A program made the translations under genes and the position numbers. Below are positions 51,546 through 64,000 of a stretch of 64,000 nt of DNA, one piece after another. Position 1 is the stretch's first letter. Each line of letters begins with the position of its first letter. The DNA comes from Mobula hypostoma (lineage: Eukaryota), in contig NC_086118.1 in assembly GCF_963921235.1 (NCBI RefSeq), forward strand, positions 25,422,001 to 25,486,000, given 5' to 3'. The notes under the pieces were generated by a model, which saw only the letters and a program-made list of their open reading frames with translations, was not told the origin of the DNA and made no database searches.

Positions 51546-51819
51546 GGATTAAATTAAAATCTAACCCACAGCTAACATTATTAACCCAAGGCACCATGTA
51601 CAGAAAACAAAAGGGGGCAAGTTTAAACTTTAAAGTGCAGAACAACGGAACACTGATCTGATACCTATTCTACACCTCCCCAGTGAACCACGGAGCAGAT
51701 CTTCTGCCAAAATTCACTAGGAATGCATTTGTTATTCTAAAACAAAAATCTAAAGAACTTAAATTATTAAAACACAAACTCATTTTAATTAACTTTCCAG
51801 CAGCTGATAAATTTTTACT

Positions 51820-54671
51820 TGTCAGAAGCAGTATGCTATAACTATTGGGGAGAGTTTAAACTAATTTGGCAGGGGGATGGGAACTGGAGTGATAGGGTTG
51901 AGGATGGGGCAGTTAGAACACAGGTAGATGCAGTGTGCATGGAGACTCAGTTAGCACAGGCAGATGAAAGGGCAAAATTGCAGTCAGTGGGAAGCGCTGA
52001 AGTGTAACGGGGGGGAGCGAAAATCAAAATGGGTGATGAATATAGGACTGATGGTGTTATATTTGAATGCATACAGTATACAGAATAATGTAGATTATTG
52101 TGCAGCAGTTAGAGATTGGCAAGTATGACATCATAGGCATCACTGAGTTCCAGCAGAAAGATGATCATAATTGGGAGCTTAACATCTAACAGTGTATCAA
52201 AGGACAGGCAGGCAGACAGGGGATGGGGTGGCTTTGTTGGTAAAATATATAGACCTCCATACAAGAGCCAGGAGATGGGATACAAATTACAATACACAAA
52301 AGAAAAAGCATGTAAAAAAGGATAGTACTACGATAGTCATGGTGTATATTCAATATGGAGGTAGACTGGGAAAATTTGAGTTGCCGCCAAATCCCAAGAG
52401 ATGGAATTTGTAGAATGTCTACGAGAGCAGCTTGTCTTAGGGAAAGGCAATTCCGGATTGGGTGTTGTGTAATGAAACAGATTTGATAAGAAAGTTTATG
52501 ATAAAGAAACCCTCAGGAGGCAGCGAATCATAAAGTGGTAGAATTCATCTTGCAGTTTGAAAGGGAGAAACTAAAGTCAGACATATCGGTATTACAGTGG
52601 AGTAAAGGGAATTACTGAGGCATGGGAGAGGAGATGGCCAAAATTGACGAACTCTAGCAGTGATGATGGCAGGACAGCAATGGCTGGAGTTTCTGGGAGC
52701 AACTCGAAAGGCACAGGCCAGAAACACCCCAAAGATGAAGTGTTCTAAAGGGACAACGATGCAACTGGGGCTGGCAAGGGAAGTCAAAGACAGCATAAAA
52801 ACAAATCAGAGGGCACATAATATAGCAAAAATTAGTGGCAAGTTAAGAGGATTGGGAAGTTTTTAAAATCAGAAGCCAACTAAACAATCCATGAGAGAAA
52901 AGATGAAATACAAAGGTAAGCTAGCCAATACAAAAGAGGGTTTTTTTCCTCACTCCACACTCCCAAAAGAGTAAAAGGGAGGCGAGTGTGGATGCTGGAC
53001 TGCTGGAAAATGGTGCTGGATGAGGTAATGGGGACAGAGAAATGACAGGTGAACTTCAGAACTGTCAACGGGCAGAAATTAGCGTAGTTGTTATTACTAA
53101 GGATAATGTGCTAGGCATGCTGAAAGGCTGGAAGGTAGAGATCACTTTGTGACCAGATGGACTACACCCCTGGGTTTGACAAGAGGTAGCTGAAGAGGTT
53201 GTGCAGGCATTAATGATCTTTCACAAATCACTAGGTTCTGCAATGGTTGAGGACCGGAAATTTGCAAATGAAACCCTACTCTTTAAGAAGGGAGGGAGGC
53301 CGAAGGAAGGAAATTATAAGCCAGTTAGCCTGACTTCAGTGTTTGATAAGATGTTGGAGGCCATTATTAAGGGGGAGGTTCAGGGTAATTTGATGCACAT
53401 GAAAAAAATAAGTCTAAGTCAGCATGGTTTTCAAAAGGGAATTTGTGCCAAACAAATCTGTTGGAATTCTTTGAGGAAATAATGGAGGACAGACAAGGGT
53501 GAGTGAATATTGTTTTCTTGAATTTTCAGGAGGCCTTTGACAAGGTGCCACACATGAAGCTGCTTAACAAGATAAGAGCCCGTGGCACTACAGGAAAGAT
53601 ACTGGCATGGACAGAGAATTGGCTGATTGGCAGGAGGCGGAGTGTCAGAATAAAGGGGCCTTTTCTGATTGGCTGCCAGTGATTAGTGGTGTTCCACAGG
53701 CTCAATGTTGGGACCACTTGTTTTCTGGTTATATATCAATGATTTAGATGACAGAACCTTGTGGCCACATTTGCGGATGATACGATAAAAGATGGAAGGG
53801 CAGGTAGTGTTGAGGAAGCAGGGTATCTGCAGGAAAAAAAGTGGCTGATGGAATATAGTGTAGGGAAGTGTTTGGTCATGCACTTTTTTATAAGGAATAA
53901 AGGTGAGGACTGTTTTCCAAACAGGGAGAAAATTCACAATTCAGTGGTGCAAAGGGACTTGGGGAGACCTTATGCAGAATTCACTAAAGGTTAATCTCCA
54001 GTTTGAGTCTCTGGTAAGAAAGAAAACGCAATGTTAGCATTCATTTCGAAAGGACTAGAATATAAGAACAAGGGTGTGATGCCTAGGCTTTACAAAGCAT
54101 TGGTCAGATCAGACTTGGAGTATTGAGCAGTTTTGGCCCCTTCTCTGAGAGGAGATGTGCTGGCATTAGAGAGGGTCCAGAGGAGACTCAGGAGAATGAA
54201 ACCCAGAACGAAAGTGTTAACATACACGGAGCATTTGATGGCTCTGGGCCTGTATTCATTGGAGTTTGGAAGAATGAGGTGGGATCTCATTGAGACCTGT
54301 TGAAAATTGAAAGGCTTACATAGAGCAGATGTGGAGAGGATATTTCCTGGTGGCTGAGTCTAGGATCAGAGGGCACAGCCTCAGAACAGAGAGATATCCA
54401 TTTACAACAGAGATGAGGAGGAATTTCTTTAAATCAGAAGGTAGTGACTTTGTGAAATTCATTGCCACAGATGGCTGTGGAAGCCAAGTTATTGGGTATA
54501 TTTAAAGCGGAGATTGACAAGGTTCTTGATTAGTCAGGAGGGCCAAGGTTATGTGCAGAATGCAAGAGAATGGGGTTGAAAGGGATAATAAATCAGCTAT
54601 GATGGGATGGCAGGGCAAACAATGGGCTGACTGGCCCAACTCTGCTCTTTTATTTTGTAGTCTTATGGTCT
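51820..54671 (+). mobile_element. Old, nearly full-length CR1 ORF2, heavily decayed
   Basis: WQGDGN and YLNA/YDIIGITE endonuclease start; LFKKGGRPKEGNYKPVSLTS; TFADDT; tcttatggtctt tail. Confidence 0.85.
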
Positions 54672-54971
54672 TCAGAGCCAAATGAATGGCTGATACTCAA
54701 ATAAATGGGCCAATTCCAAATACAGTCCATTTTCAAATGAGCAAATGTTTTAACAACTGGTAGGAGCATTCAATCATTAAAAAAAAAATAGATTAACATA
54801 TGGAACATATTCCAATACCACTGAGATGGGCAAGCTGGGGGGGGGGGGGACCATCACTACTTTAAAAGGCATTCTGACTTGTCAAAGACTGTCACTAATA
54901 CAGCATAGAAACACGGCCAGTGTCCACCATGATGATGCCAACAAGAAATCTTCCAATTACAATATGCTACA

Positions 54972-55850
54972 TTCACAAGACAAGATCACAAGACAAAGGA
55001 GCAGAAGTAGGCCATTCGGCCCATCGAGTCTGCTCCGCAGCTCCCCTATGAGCTAAACTATTCACCCATCTAGTTCCAATTTCCGGCTTTTTCCCCATAT
55101 CCCTTGATACCCTGACTAATTAGATACCTGTCAATCTCCTCCTTAAACACCCTCAATGATCGGGCCTCCACAACTGTACGTGGCAACAAATTCCACAAAT
55201 CCACGACCCTCTGGCTAAAAAAATTTCTCCTCATCTCCGTTTTAACTGGCTACCCTCTAATTCTAAGACTATGGCCTCTTGTCCTGGACTCAACCACCAA
55301 TGGGAAACAACCTTTCCACATCTACTCTGTCCGACCCTTTCAACATTCGAAATGTTTCTATGAGATCCCCTCTCATTCTTCTATACTCTAATGAATACAA
55401 TCCAAGAGCCGACAAACGCTCCTCATATGTTAGCCCCTGCATTCCAGGAATCATCCTCGTAAATCTTCTCTGTACTCTCTCCAACATCAGTACATACTTT
55501 CTAAGATAGGGGGCCCAAAACTGCACACAGTATTCCAAATGATGTCTCACTAATGCCCCACAGAGCCTCATCAACACCTCCTTACTCTTATACACTATTC
55601 CTCTTGAAATGAATGCCAACATAGCATTCACTTTCCTTACCGCCAATCCAACTTGATGGTTAACCTTTAGGGTATCCTGCACAAGGACTCCCAAGTCCCT
55701 TTGTACTTCCGATTTTTGAATTTTCTCCCCATCTAAATAATAATCTGCCCGATTATTTCTTCTTCCGAAATGTAAAACCGTACATTTGTCAACGTTGCAT
55801 CTCATCTGCCATTTCTTTGCCCACTCTCCTAAACTAAGTCTCTCTGCACC
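54972..55850 (-). mobile_element. CR1 3' fragment (second subfamily)
   Basis: ORF 55290-55853 WAKKWQM...HLEYCVQFWAPYLRK...RMRGDLIETF; different tail repeat. Confidence 0.9.
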
Positions 55851-56058
55851 CATTTTATTCTTATCAATTGCTTTTAAAGGAATTTTAAAGGTTTAGAGGG
55901 ACATTCTGATCAGTATGGACCTGTGTCCATATTGTAGTATTCTGACAGATTCTACCACTCATTTCTACATTTGGGCCCTTTAATGTGGCCAGTTAACCCT
56001 TCAACTATTAGTGGAAGATTATACTGAGAAAATGTTATACTGGTAGCTGAGACGATAC

Positions 56059-56167
56059 CTGCTCCTTGTACTGATCTGCATGTCGACGTTCGTCTTCAAC
56101 TTGCATGTAGACTTCCTTCAGTTTTTTCTCTGTGCGTCGTACCAACTTGTTAGCTGTTGCTCGCTCC
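56059..56167 (-). CDS. MYH10: MYH10 rod-domain exon
   Basis: tttgcag|G...CAG|gtatcg; encodes [36 protein letters not shown]; 109 bp. Confidence 0.96.
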
Positions 56168-56563
56168 CTGCAAACAAAGTCACCAACTTAAAAGCAAAAT
56201 TCAAAACAAATCTACTGGCACAAAATCAACCTGGCAATGGCTCAGGGGAATGAACAAGTAGCAGCTCCAACGACTGCTGACACTATAAACGAAAGCACAA
56301 AGAATATAGTTGTCCTATCTAAACAAATTGCATTCCAATGGATGAACTGATGAAGGAAATCAGCTCAGCAGATTTGAGCATTGAGGTCTTTTGACTAACT
56401 GAACTAAAATCCTTAAGATTTCTTTTCACTAGATTCAGAGTATCAAATTTCACAAACTTCAGTTCAAATGCTAAATACAACAGTTGTTGTTTGGAGATAA
56501 CAGAGTGCTATTACAAATGCAGAGAAAACTAATATTCATAAACTTTCAGAGCCTCCAACTTTT

Positions 56564-56837
56564 TTTTGGTGTGTGCCTGCGTTCGTGTGTGATGATGTCT
56601 TTTTACAAGGCGCGGAACGAGAGAGACAGACACAGACGCACACACAGACTCTGTGGCTCGCCACTCCTCACACAGACATTTTCGAAGTATTTTCCCTTTA
56701 TTTTATGAGGTTGAGTTGCGATCTCAACATTCAACCCGGCACGGATGGAAAGTGTACTCGGGAGTGGACCCCACTGGTTTCGAACCCGGGAACCTCCGCT
56801 CCCAGTTCGCCGATGGCATTGCGCCACCAGCTGGCCC
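56564..56837 (-). mobile_element. Young tRNA-derived SINE with 15-bp TSD
   Basis: Minus-strand start GGGCCAGCTGGTGGCGCAATG (A box) ... GGTTCGAAACC (B box); short A tail; TSD gagcctccaactttt at 56549-56563 and 56838-56852. Confidence 0.88.
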
Positions 56838-57416
56838 GAGCCTCCAACTTTTCTGACTATCAACACATTAATGTATTTCATATTTCAGATTAGGATGAAC
56901 AGAATAGATTTAAAAGACAGATTAATTCATTTCCCATTGTCCCCAGCTACATATACAACCCTTAACACCAGTTCCCATGAAATATGCAATTTTCTGTGGG
57001 GTTAGCCACCTGTGCAAAAGAGAAAGATCACTTGTCACATTTTAAATTGTATTGTAAAAATTAAATGCCAGTTGGTCAAAAAAAAATCAAACTTCTATCA
57101 CTCTAAACTACTATAACCATGAAACATCTATTCCCTGATGACTTCTTTGCTTCACCACTAATGTTTTGAATGGAGTGCCACTAATAATGAAATGTAAACT
57201 AAAATTAGAGCCAGATTCACCCAGCACAGAACCACACTGCAGCCCACTGAGTCATTCAAAACATGAATCACCTATGTATACTAAACCCGTATTAATATCA
57301 ACTCCAGGTGGAAATCTGCAAACTCCATACCGACAGCTTTAGAAGTCAGGATGAACACAGGTTGTCGGTACTTCAAGGCAGTGGTTCTGTGAACCATCCC
57401 ATCGTGCTGCGTTTCT

Positions 57417-57870
57417 ACAGCACAGAAACAGGCCCATCAGCCTGAATCGCCCACACGAACAAGATACCTATCTATGCGAACCCCATTTTCCTACATTTAT
57501 CCCATCTTTCTCTATTCCTTTCTAACCATGTCCCTGTCAAAATGCTTTTTTAAACACTGATTGTATCTGCTTCCACTTCCTCTGGCAGCCTGTTCTAAGT
57601 ATCCCCCACCCTCCATGTAGAAAAACCAGTCCCTCAGATCTTCCTTCAGTATTGCCCCTCTCACCTTAAACCCATGTCTTCTAGTTTGAAACTCCCCTAT
57701 CCTTGGAGAAAGACTGTACAGCCTTCATGACTTTATGAACTTCTACAAATCACTCCACAGTCAAGCAAGAACAATGCCAATTTATCAAATCTCACCTTGT
57801 AACTAAAGCCCTCCATTTTCAGCCTCCTGCTGAATCCCTTTGGCACGCTTTCTAGCACTACCACAATGTT
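57417..57870 (-). mobile_element. Old CR1 3' fragment
   Basis: Starts with acagcacagaaacaggccc-type CR1 3' UTR; degenerate RT C-terminal sequence. Confidence 0.7.
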
Positions 57871-58246
57871 AATCATCTCCATTTTGTCATCTAGTACAAC
57901 AATCACAATCCAACTCTGAAAACATACCAATTATTATTCATGGCCCAAAAAAGCACACCACCCCACCCCAAGTGCTGGAATAAAGGAAACTGCTTCTCTT
58001 CTCCACTTCATAAACTAGCAATTTGAGTTGGGGCCCAGTTATCAAATGCACTTTGGAACAGAAGTACAGGCCTCTGGGAGATTTAAAAAAACAACACCCA
58101 AGGATTATTTTTGCACATTAAATTCAAGCAGCCACTTTAATTTTCTGGTGTTTAGTGGGACTATTCACTGCATTACTAAACTGTCAAGTGAGACTCCAAG
58201 GAACCATGCATCTACCCGCTTTTGTTAAATTGGATAGTTATTTTAC

Positions 58247-58455
58247 TTTGCTTCCTGTTCAAGTTGCTCCTCCAGCTGTGCTATCTTAGCTTCCAGTGCT
58301 GAAATTGTTGACTTGAATTTGGACTTGACTGATCCCTCCAGCTCTTGCAGCTTGGCTTTTAGTTCCTTATTCTGGCGCTCAAGTTGTTGCCGTGCATTTT
58401 CGCTCTTCTGTCCAGCACTGCGCTCACTAGCAAGTTCTGAATTCAGAGTTTCAAC
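58247..58455 (-). CDS. MYH10: MYH10 rod-domain exon
   Basis: ggcag|GTT...GCAAA|gtaaaa; encodes [69 protein letters not shown](K); 209 bp. Confidence 0.96.
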
Positions 58456-59961
58456 CTGCCACAAAAAAAAATCACACCACAGCAAATAGATTATGTGTCA
58501 GAAATTTAAGATTTTGTCTTTCCTGAGTGTCACAATTGCCAAGTTTCTCTCCAAGTCTTTGGCTTGAATGTTAGCAATGATCCAGCAAAGTGATGTTGTG
58601 CTGGCCAAGTTGACTCTTGGCAAGCAATACAACCTCCTCAGATCTTACAAGTTGCATTGAAATAAGTTTGGAGAAAGGAAGCAAATAGACTAAATTTTAT
58701 CATGAGCAAATAACTAAATGTTATCTGAAGTGCATAAAATACATTTGCAGAATGTCCACTGCTGTAAATTATTTCTCATGTTTGAACTCTGAATAACCTT
58801 CCTTTTACTTCCAACTGTTCAGTATCTGTATGGTCTATGCTACAATATCCTGCTGGCTTGCAAAACCTTGATAAGCTAAATATATCAAAGTGAAGCTGAA
58901 TGTTTTGACTTAGCAAAAGAATGCTGTGGCCAGCTGAAATCGGCAGATAACAGATAGCATGGAATAAGAGCGAAGCTAACTCACTTAAATTCAAAAGTAA
59001 TTTCTTGGTGACCTGAAGGAAGATTCTGATAGTAGCTCACCAGTCAAAATCCCCCCTTCTAATCAGATTTCCACAAAATACTCAGGCCAACTATGAGAAA
59101 GAACTGGGAAAATGAGATTTTGGTTTCCAAGGTGGGATGACTTCTCAAAGTTCAACCCTAATTTATTATCAAAGTACAGGTATGTCACCATAAACAACCC
59201 TGAGATTAATGTTCTTTTGGGCATTCACAGTAAATACAAAAAACACAATAGAATCATTGGAAGACCACACCCAAAAGGATGGACAATGTTCTAAAACAAT
59301 AAACTCTGCAAATACAAAATAATAATAAAAATAAAAACAAATACACAAGCAATAAATATCAGGAACATGAGTTGATGAGTTCTTGAAAGCTGAATCGACG
59401 GGATTCTAATTCTCACGTTGTCTTTTGGTATATAAAGTATCCAAAATAAATAATAATTATATACGTAATAATTTGCAATTTTTCACTCCTATTTTTTGAC
59501 GTTTGCATGATTTTTCTTTTGTGCGTGGGGTGTATTTGAAGTTTTTCTTGGAATCGCTTCCATGGTTTTCTTTGTTTCATGGTTGTGTGGGGAAGACAAA
59601 TCTCAGGGTTGTATCCTGCATACATACCTTGATCATAAATGTACTTTAAATCTCGAATCATTGCTCCAGGGCCTTTTGAAAGCAACCAGTTCATTCACCA
59701 GAAAGTGGGTGATAGCCACCTTCAACCAGGGCACCTGGGCTGCTTCAAGCAGAAGTTGGGAATTATCATTCCACTGAAAGCCAGACTAAGTGCAGCTACT
59801 GAAGAACTGTGAGCAGAAGTGCAGGTATTTCACTTCACCCTTCTCTACAAATTACCAACATTTAATTGCATCCAGGACCAAGCATGGTATAGGGAAAAGG
59901 TCGAATGGGTTGGAAATTTCTAGCATGCAAACTGCATTTGAATCTAGTGGCCCGGTGTCTA

Positions 59962-60225
<264 letters not shown>

Positions 60226-61492
60226 TCAATTTTTCACATATCCAAGACACCAATTTGTTTGGTTTAAATGGATTTTAAGTTTCAAATGTGGTCCTAGGGC
60301 TCAGAAACTGTGACTGGCTGTGGAATTAAATGTTCTACTTTGAAAATAAACAATTTAAAATTTGATTTCAGGCTAAGCAACTATTTAATCAGGTACCAAC
60401 ACTGATACACTGACCAAGAGTGTAATGCTTGGGTAAATTATCTAATTTCCACATTATCAGATTAGACATTGTAGAATATGGATTACACAAAAATAAAGAA
60501 AATACAAAGCCAACCCATCACTCACTGCACATTGTTTATATTTTAAGCAAAAGAAAACTGAACTGGAGAATCACTGCAAGGAGGAGCAATTGTACAATCC
60601 AGATTTTGTGCTTTTAAAATGTAAAGGCAATTCTCAAGACTGAAATTTACCCGTAGCTAGGGCATTTGCAACAATTAGAACCTGCCAAATGTACAAGTAT
60701 ATATTTCTTGCAAAAATAATTAGCTGCGATATGGTTGTGGCATTTGACTGCAAGACAGGTTGCATGATCGACATGGCTAAGGAAAATAAGCACCAATGTC
60801 CATCAGTAACCACAAGAAACGCTGTGCTTACGTATGGCTTTCCCACACACCTCTTAACCCCACCTTTTATAGTGTGCTTCCATGCAACTTGAATGAGATA
60901 CTTATGTGTTCAAGATTTCTACATTTGAATACTGTTTCATAGTAAGTGCTTGTTTCCAATGCATCAGTCAAAGACCAAATCAGAAGTCTAGTTATCTACA
61001 AAAGACATGATATTTGGGAAGCAGTACTGGTATCTGGAACCAAATAGCGGACAGCAAAATTCTAGGAGGAAAAAAAAAGGCTTCGGACAAGGAAAACATC
61101 CAAGTATCCTGAAATGTGCAATATGCTACTTTTGTGTTATATTAAGTGGAGTACCCCAGTTTCAGGGATAAACCTGCAGAGGGAAATTAAATAAAATATG
61201 AATGCTGTAACTAAAAGTTAATCTTGAAATCAGCTACCATTTTGAGCCTTACTCAACAGATGCTCACAAACTCCTGAAAAAACTCAAAGTTTGGACTAGC
61301 TTGGCTACCTTCAAAAAAATCTTACAGCTGGGTATGTTCAGACAACTGCAAACTCTGGAGGCATTCAACCTAGGCTTTCTTGCTGATGACACATGAAATA
61401 CATTTAATTTTAAATATCAGTAAATCAATTGCTTTATGTAAAGCAGTTTATATTAAGAACTGGGGTAATGGGCCAATGTCATGCTTCCTTAC

Positions 61493-61581
61493 TTTCCAGA
61501 TGTGCTGTTTGCAATTTCATCTCCCAGCTCGTCACGTTCCTGCTCTGCATGGCGACGTGCTCGCTCCAAAGCGGCCAGCTC
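61493..61581 (-). CDS. MYH10: MYH10 rod-domain exon
   Basis: tgcag|GAG...GGAAA|gtaagg; encodes [29 protein letters not shown](K); 89 bp. Confidence 0.95.
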
Positions 61582-62052
61582 CTGCAAAACAGTGCAAAGT
61601 TCAGTTCCATGCAAGGCTCAAAGGCAGCAATAAAGCAATAATCTCCACCGACCCAATTAAAAAATTAACAATTCCTGAGCAAATCAGCATTACAATAAAT
61701 TTCCTTAGATGCACATTAAGTTTTAAAACTATTAACCTCTTCTATCAGTTGGGATCCTGCCTTAAGTGGCTCCATTCACTTAACTTGGTTCCATATATCC
61801 AGAGTACCCCCTGCTTGGAGAATATAATACTGTATTTAAAATCAATAAAATCGTCTACATTTATTTGGGGGTAGTATTCCATACCTTATCATTTAGATGC
61901 AAATAGATGCCCTTAGTTCAAATGCTTTGAAATATCTTGCCAGAGTTTGGTTCATAATTATATCAATGTATTTTTGTACTTCTACATTGCTGACTGTGCT
62001 GCCCTCTATATGCCACAAACAACCTTCGATGTTTTGCTTTCTAATATATAGT

Positions 62053-62282
62053 TGTGTCCTTGAGCAAGGCACTTAATCACACATTGCTCTGCGACGACAC
62101 TGGTGCCAAGCTGTATGGGTCCTAATGCCCGTCCCTTGGACAACATTGGTGGTGTAGAGAGGGGAGACTTGCAGCATGGGCAACTGCTGGTCTTCCATAC
62201 AACCTTGCCCAGGCTTGCACCCTGGAGAGTGAAGACTTTCCAGGAGCAGATCCATGGTCTCGCAAGACTAACGGATGCCTTT
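62053..62282 (+). mobile_element. 5'-truncated SINE with CORE-like segment and 8-bp TSD
   Basis: Begins tgtgtccttgagcaaggcacttaa (similar to the MIR/CORE gtgaccttgggcaagtcacttaa); TSD tatatagt at 62045-62052 and 62283-62290. Confidence 0.6.
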
Positions 62283-62367
62283 TATATAGTCCAAGACCAG
62301 AACAAACCACACAGAAATAGCCAAAATTCAAGTATTAACTTTAGGCTGCACATTTCAAACATTGTGA

Positions 62368-63385
62368 TCATAGAATATAGAAATTTACAGCACATTACAG
62401 GCCCTTCAGCCCAATGCTTTGTTGACCATGTAACCTACTCTTGAGACTGCCTAGAATTTCCCTAGCTCATAGCTCTATTATTCTAAGCTCCAGGTACCTA
62501 TCTAAGATGCTCTTAAAAGACCCATTGTATCCGCTTCCACCACCACCACCGGTGCATTCCACGCACCCACCACTGTGTGGGGAAAAAAAAAAACTTTCCC
62601 CTGACATCCCCTCAGTACCCATTTCCAAGCACCTTAAAACTATGTCCCCTTGTGTTAGCCATTTCAGCCCTGGGAATAAGCCCCTGGCTATCCACACAAT
62701 GTCCCTCATCAGCTTATACATCTATATCAGGTCACCTCTCATACTCCGTCACTCCAAGGAGAAAAGGCCAAGTACGCTCAACCTATTCTCATAAGGTACG
62801 CCTTCCAATCCAGGCAACATGCTTGTAAATCTCCTCTGCACTCTATAGTATCCACATCCTTCCTGTAGTGAGGTGACTAGAACTAAACACAGTACTCCAA
62901 GTGGGGTCTGAGCAAAGTCTTATATAGCTGTAACATTACCTCACAGCTCTTGAACTCAATCCCACGGTTGATGAATGCTAACACACCATATGCCTTTTTA
63001 ACGCAGTCAACCTGTGGAGCAGCTTTGAGTGTCCTATTGACACAGACCCCAACATCTCCCAGATCCTCCACTCTGCCAAGAACCTTACCATTTATATTAC
63101 ATTCCGTCTTCAAATTGACCTATCAAAATGAACCACTTCACACTCATCTGGGTTGAGGTCCATCTGCCACTTCTCAGCCCAGTTCTGCATTCTATTGATG
63201 TCCCGCTGTAACCTCTAACAACCCTCCAGACTATCCATAACACCTCCAACCTTTGTGTCATCAGCAAACTTACTAACCCACCCTTCTACTTTTTCATCCA
63301 GGTCATTTATTTAAAAAAAAAAATCACAAAGAGGAGAGGTCCCAGGACAGATCTCTGGGAACACCACTGGTCACTGACCTCCAAG
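62368..63385 (-). mobile_element. CR1 RT-3' fragment
   Basis: Encodes KKAYGVLAFINRGIEFKSCEVMLQLYKTLLRPHLEYCV and VSKFADDTKVGG; tail catagaatatagaa. Confidence 0.88.
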
Positions 63386-63720
63386 TAGAATACATACCAA
63401 CCGACTTCCATGCAGATATTAGTTATTAGTCACTGAATTTTAAAGACTGCTGCTATGGATTTGTTTTGGGTCATACTGTTATACAAGATTTTTTTTTAAA
63501 AAAAGAGTTTATTGATAATTTAATCAGCTATATCTCGCCCTGTTAAAAGTCCAACACAGATAGCTTCATCTCATTTCACTGACTCAAGTTTATTTCCAAA
63601 CTTGCAGTTAGATAAATATTTTTGTTTATGTGGTTGCCCCAGGTTGGTAACTTCTCTACTCAAACTTGTGTTATCTGCACCAATAAGCGTGGCATTTCCC
63701 CTTTGCCTGGTTGACGCCTA

Positions 63721-63891
<171 letters not shown>

Positions 63892-64000
63892 TTAAATCTT
63901 CAAGTTCTTCTGACAATGAACTATGCACAACTTCAGTGCAATTTACTGCAGATGAACTATACAGTCATTCACTATAATACTATGTATTATAAACTGCATT

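Noticed and set aside
56760..56837. Possible tRNA gene (A and B boxes on the minus strand)
   Set aside because: No complete cloverleaf; it is followed by a ~200-bp body and flanked by TSDs, so it is a SINE head.
61380..61874. 164-aa plus-strand ORF, and others such as 50310-50522 and 60029-60313
   Set aside because: Antisense shadows of MYH10 coiled-coil exons plus intron sequence.

Overview
Vertebrate genomic DNA, most likely a cartilaginous fish. This is inferred from the repeat content (HE1/V-SINE-like SINEs, abundant CR1 LINEs, Penelope-like elements) and is not proven. The window holds the 3' halves of two convergent genes. NDEL1 is on the + strand (coding exons 5400-16879, including a 32-nt frame-shifting cassette exon; poly(A) signals near 17613 and 17689). 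MYH10 (non-muscle myosin IIB) is on the - strand (last 7 coding exons, 63870 down to 47183; poly(A) signals near 45562-45609). All exon phases and GT-AG junctions join in frame. Introns and the ~28 kb intergenic gap are filled with transposable elements: two near-identical young CR1 copies, older CR1, L2 and Rex1/Babar LINEs, a Tc1 remnant, SINEs, a solo LTR and many Penelope-like element (PLE) pieces. The most notable unannotated signal is a PLE-associated RNA system. The PLE terminal repeats carry a minimal type-I hammerhead ribozyme motif (9 recognisable copies). Four insertions share the layout TSD(13-15 bp) / inverted arm with tail / direct arm / TSD. One insertion (31158-31585) is a non-coding tandem of two hammerhead units 216 nt apart, resembling a retrozyme. 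Hammerheads in PLEs are known in other animals, so novelty for this lineage needs a database check.
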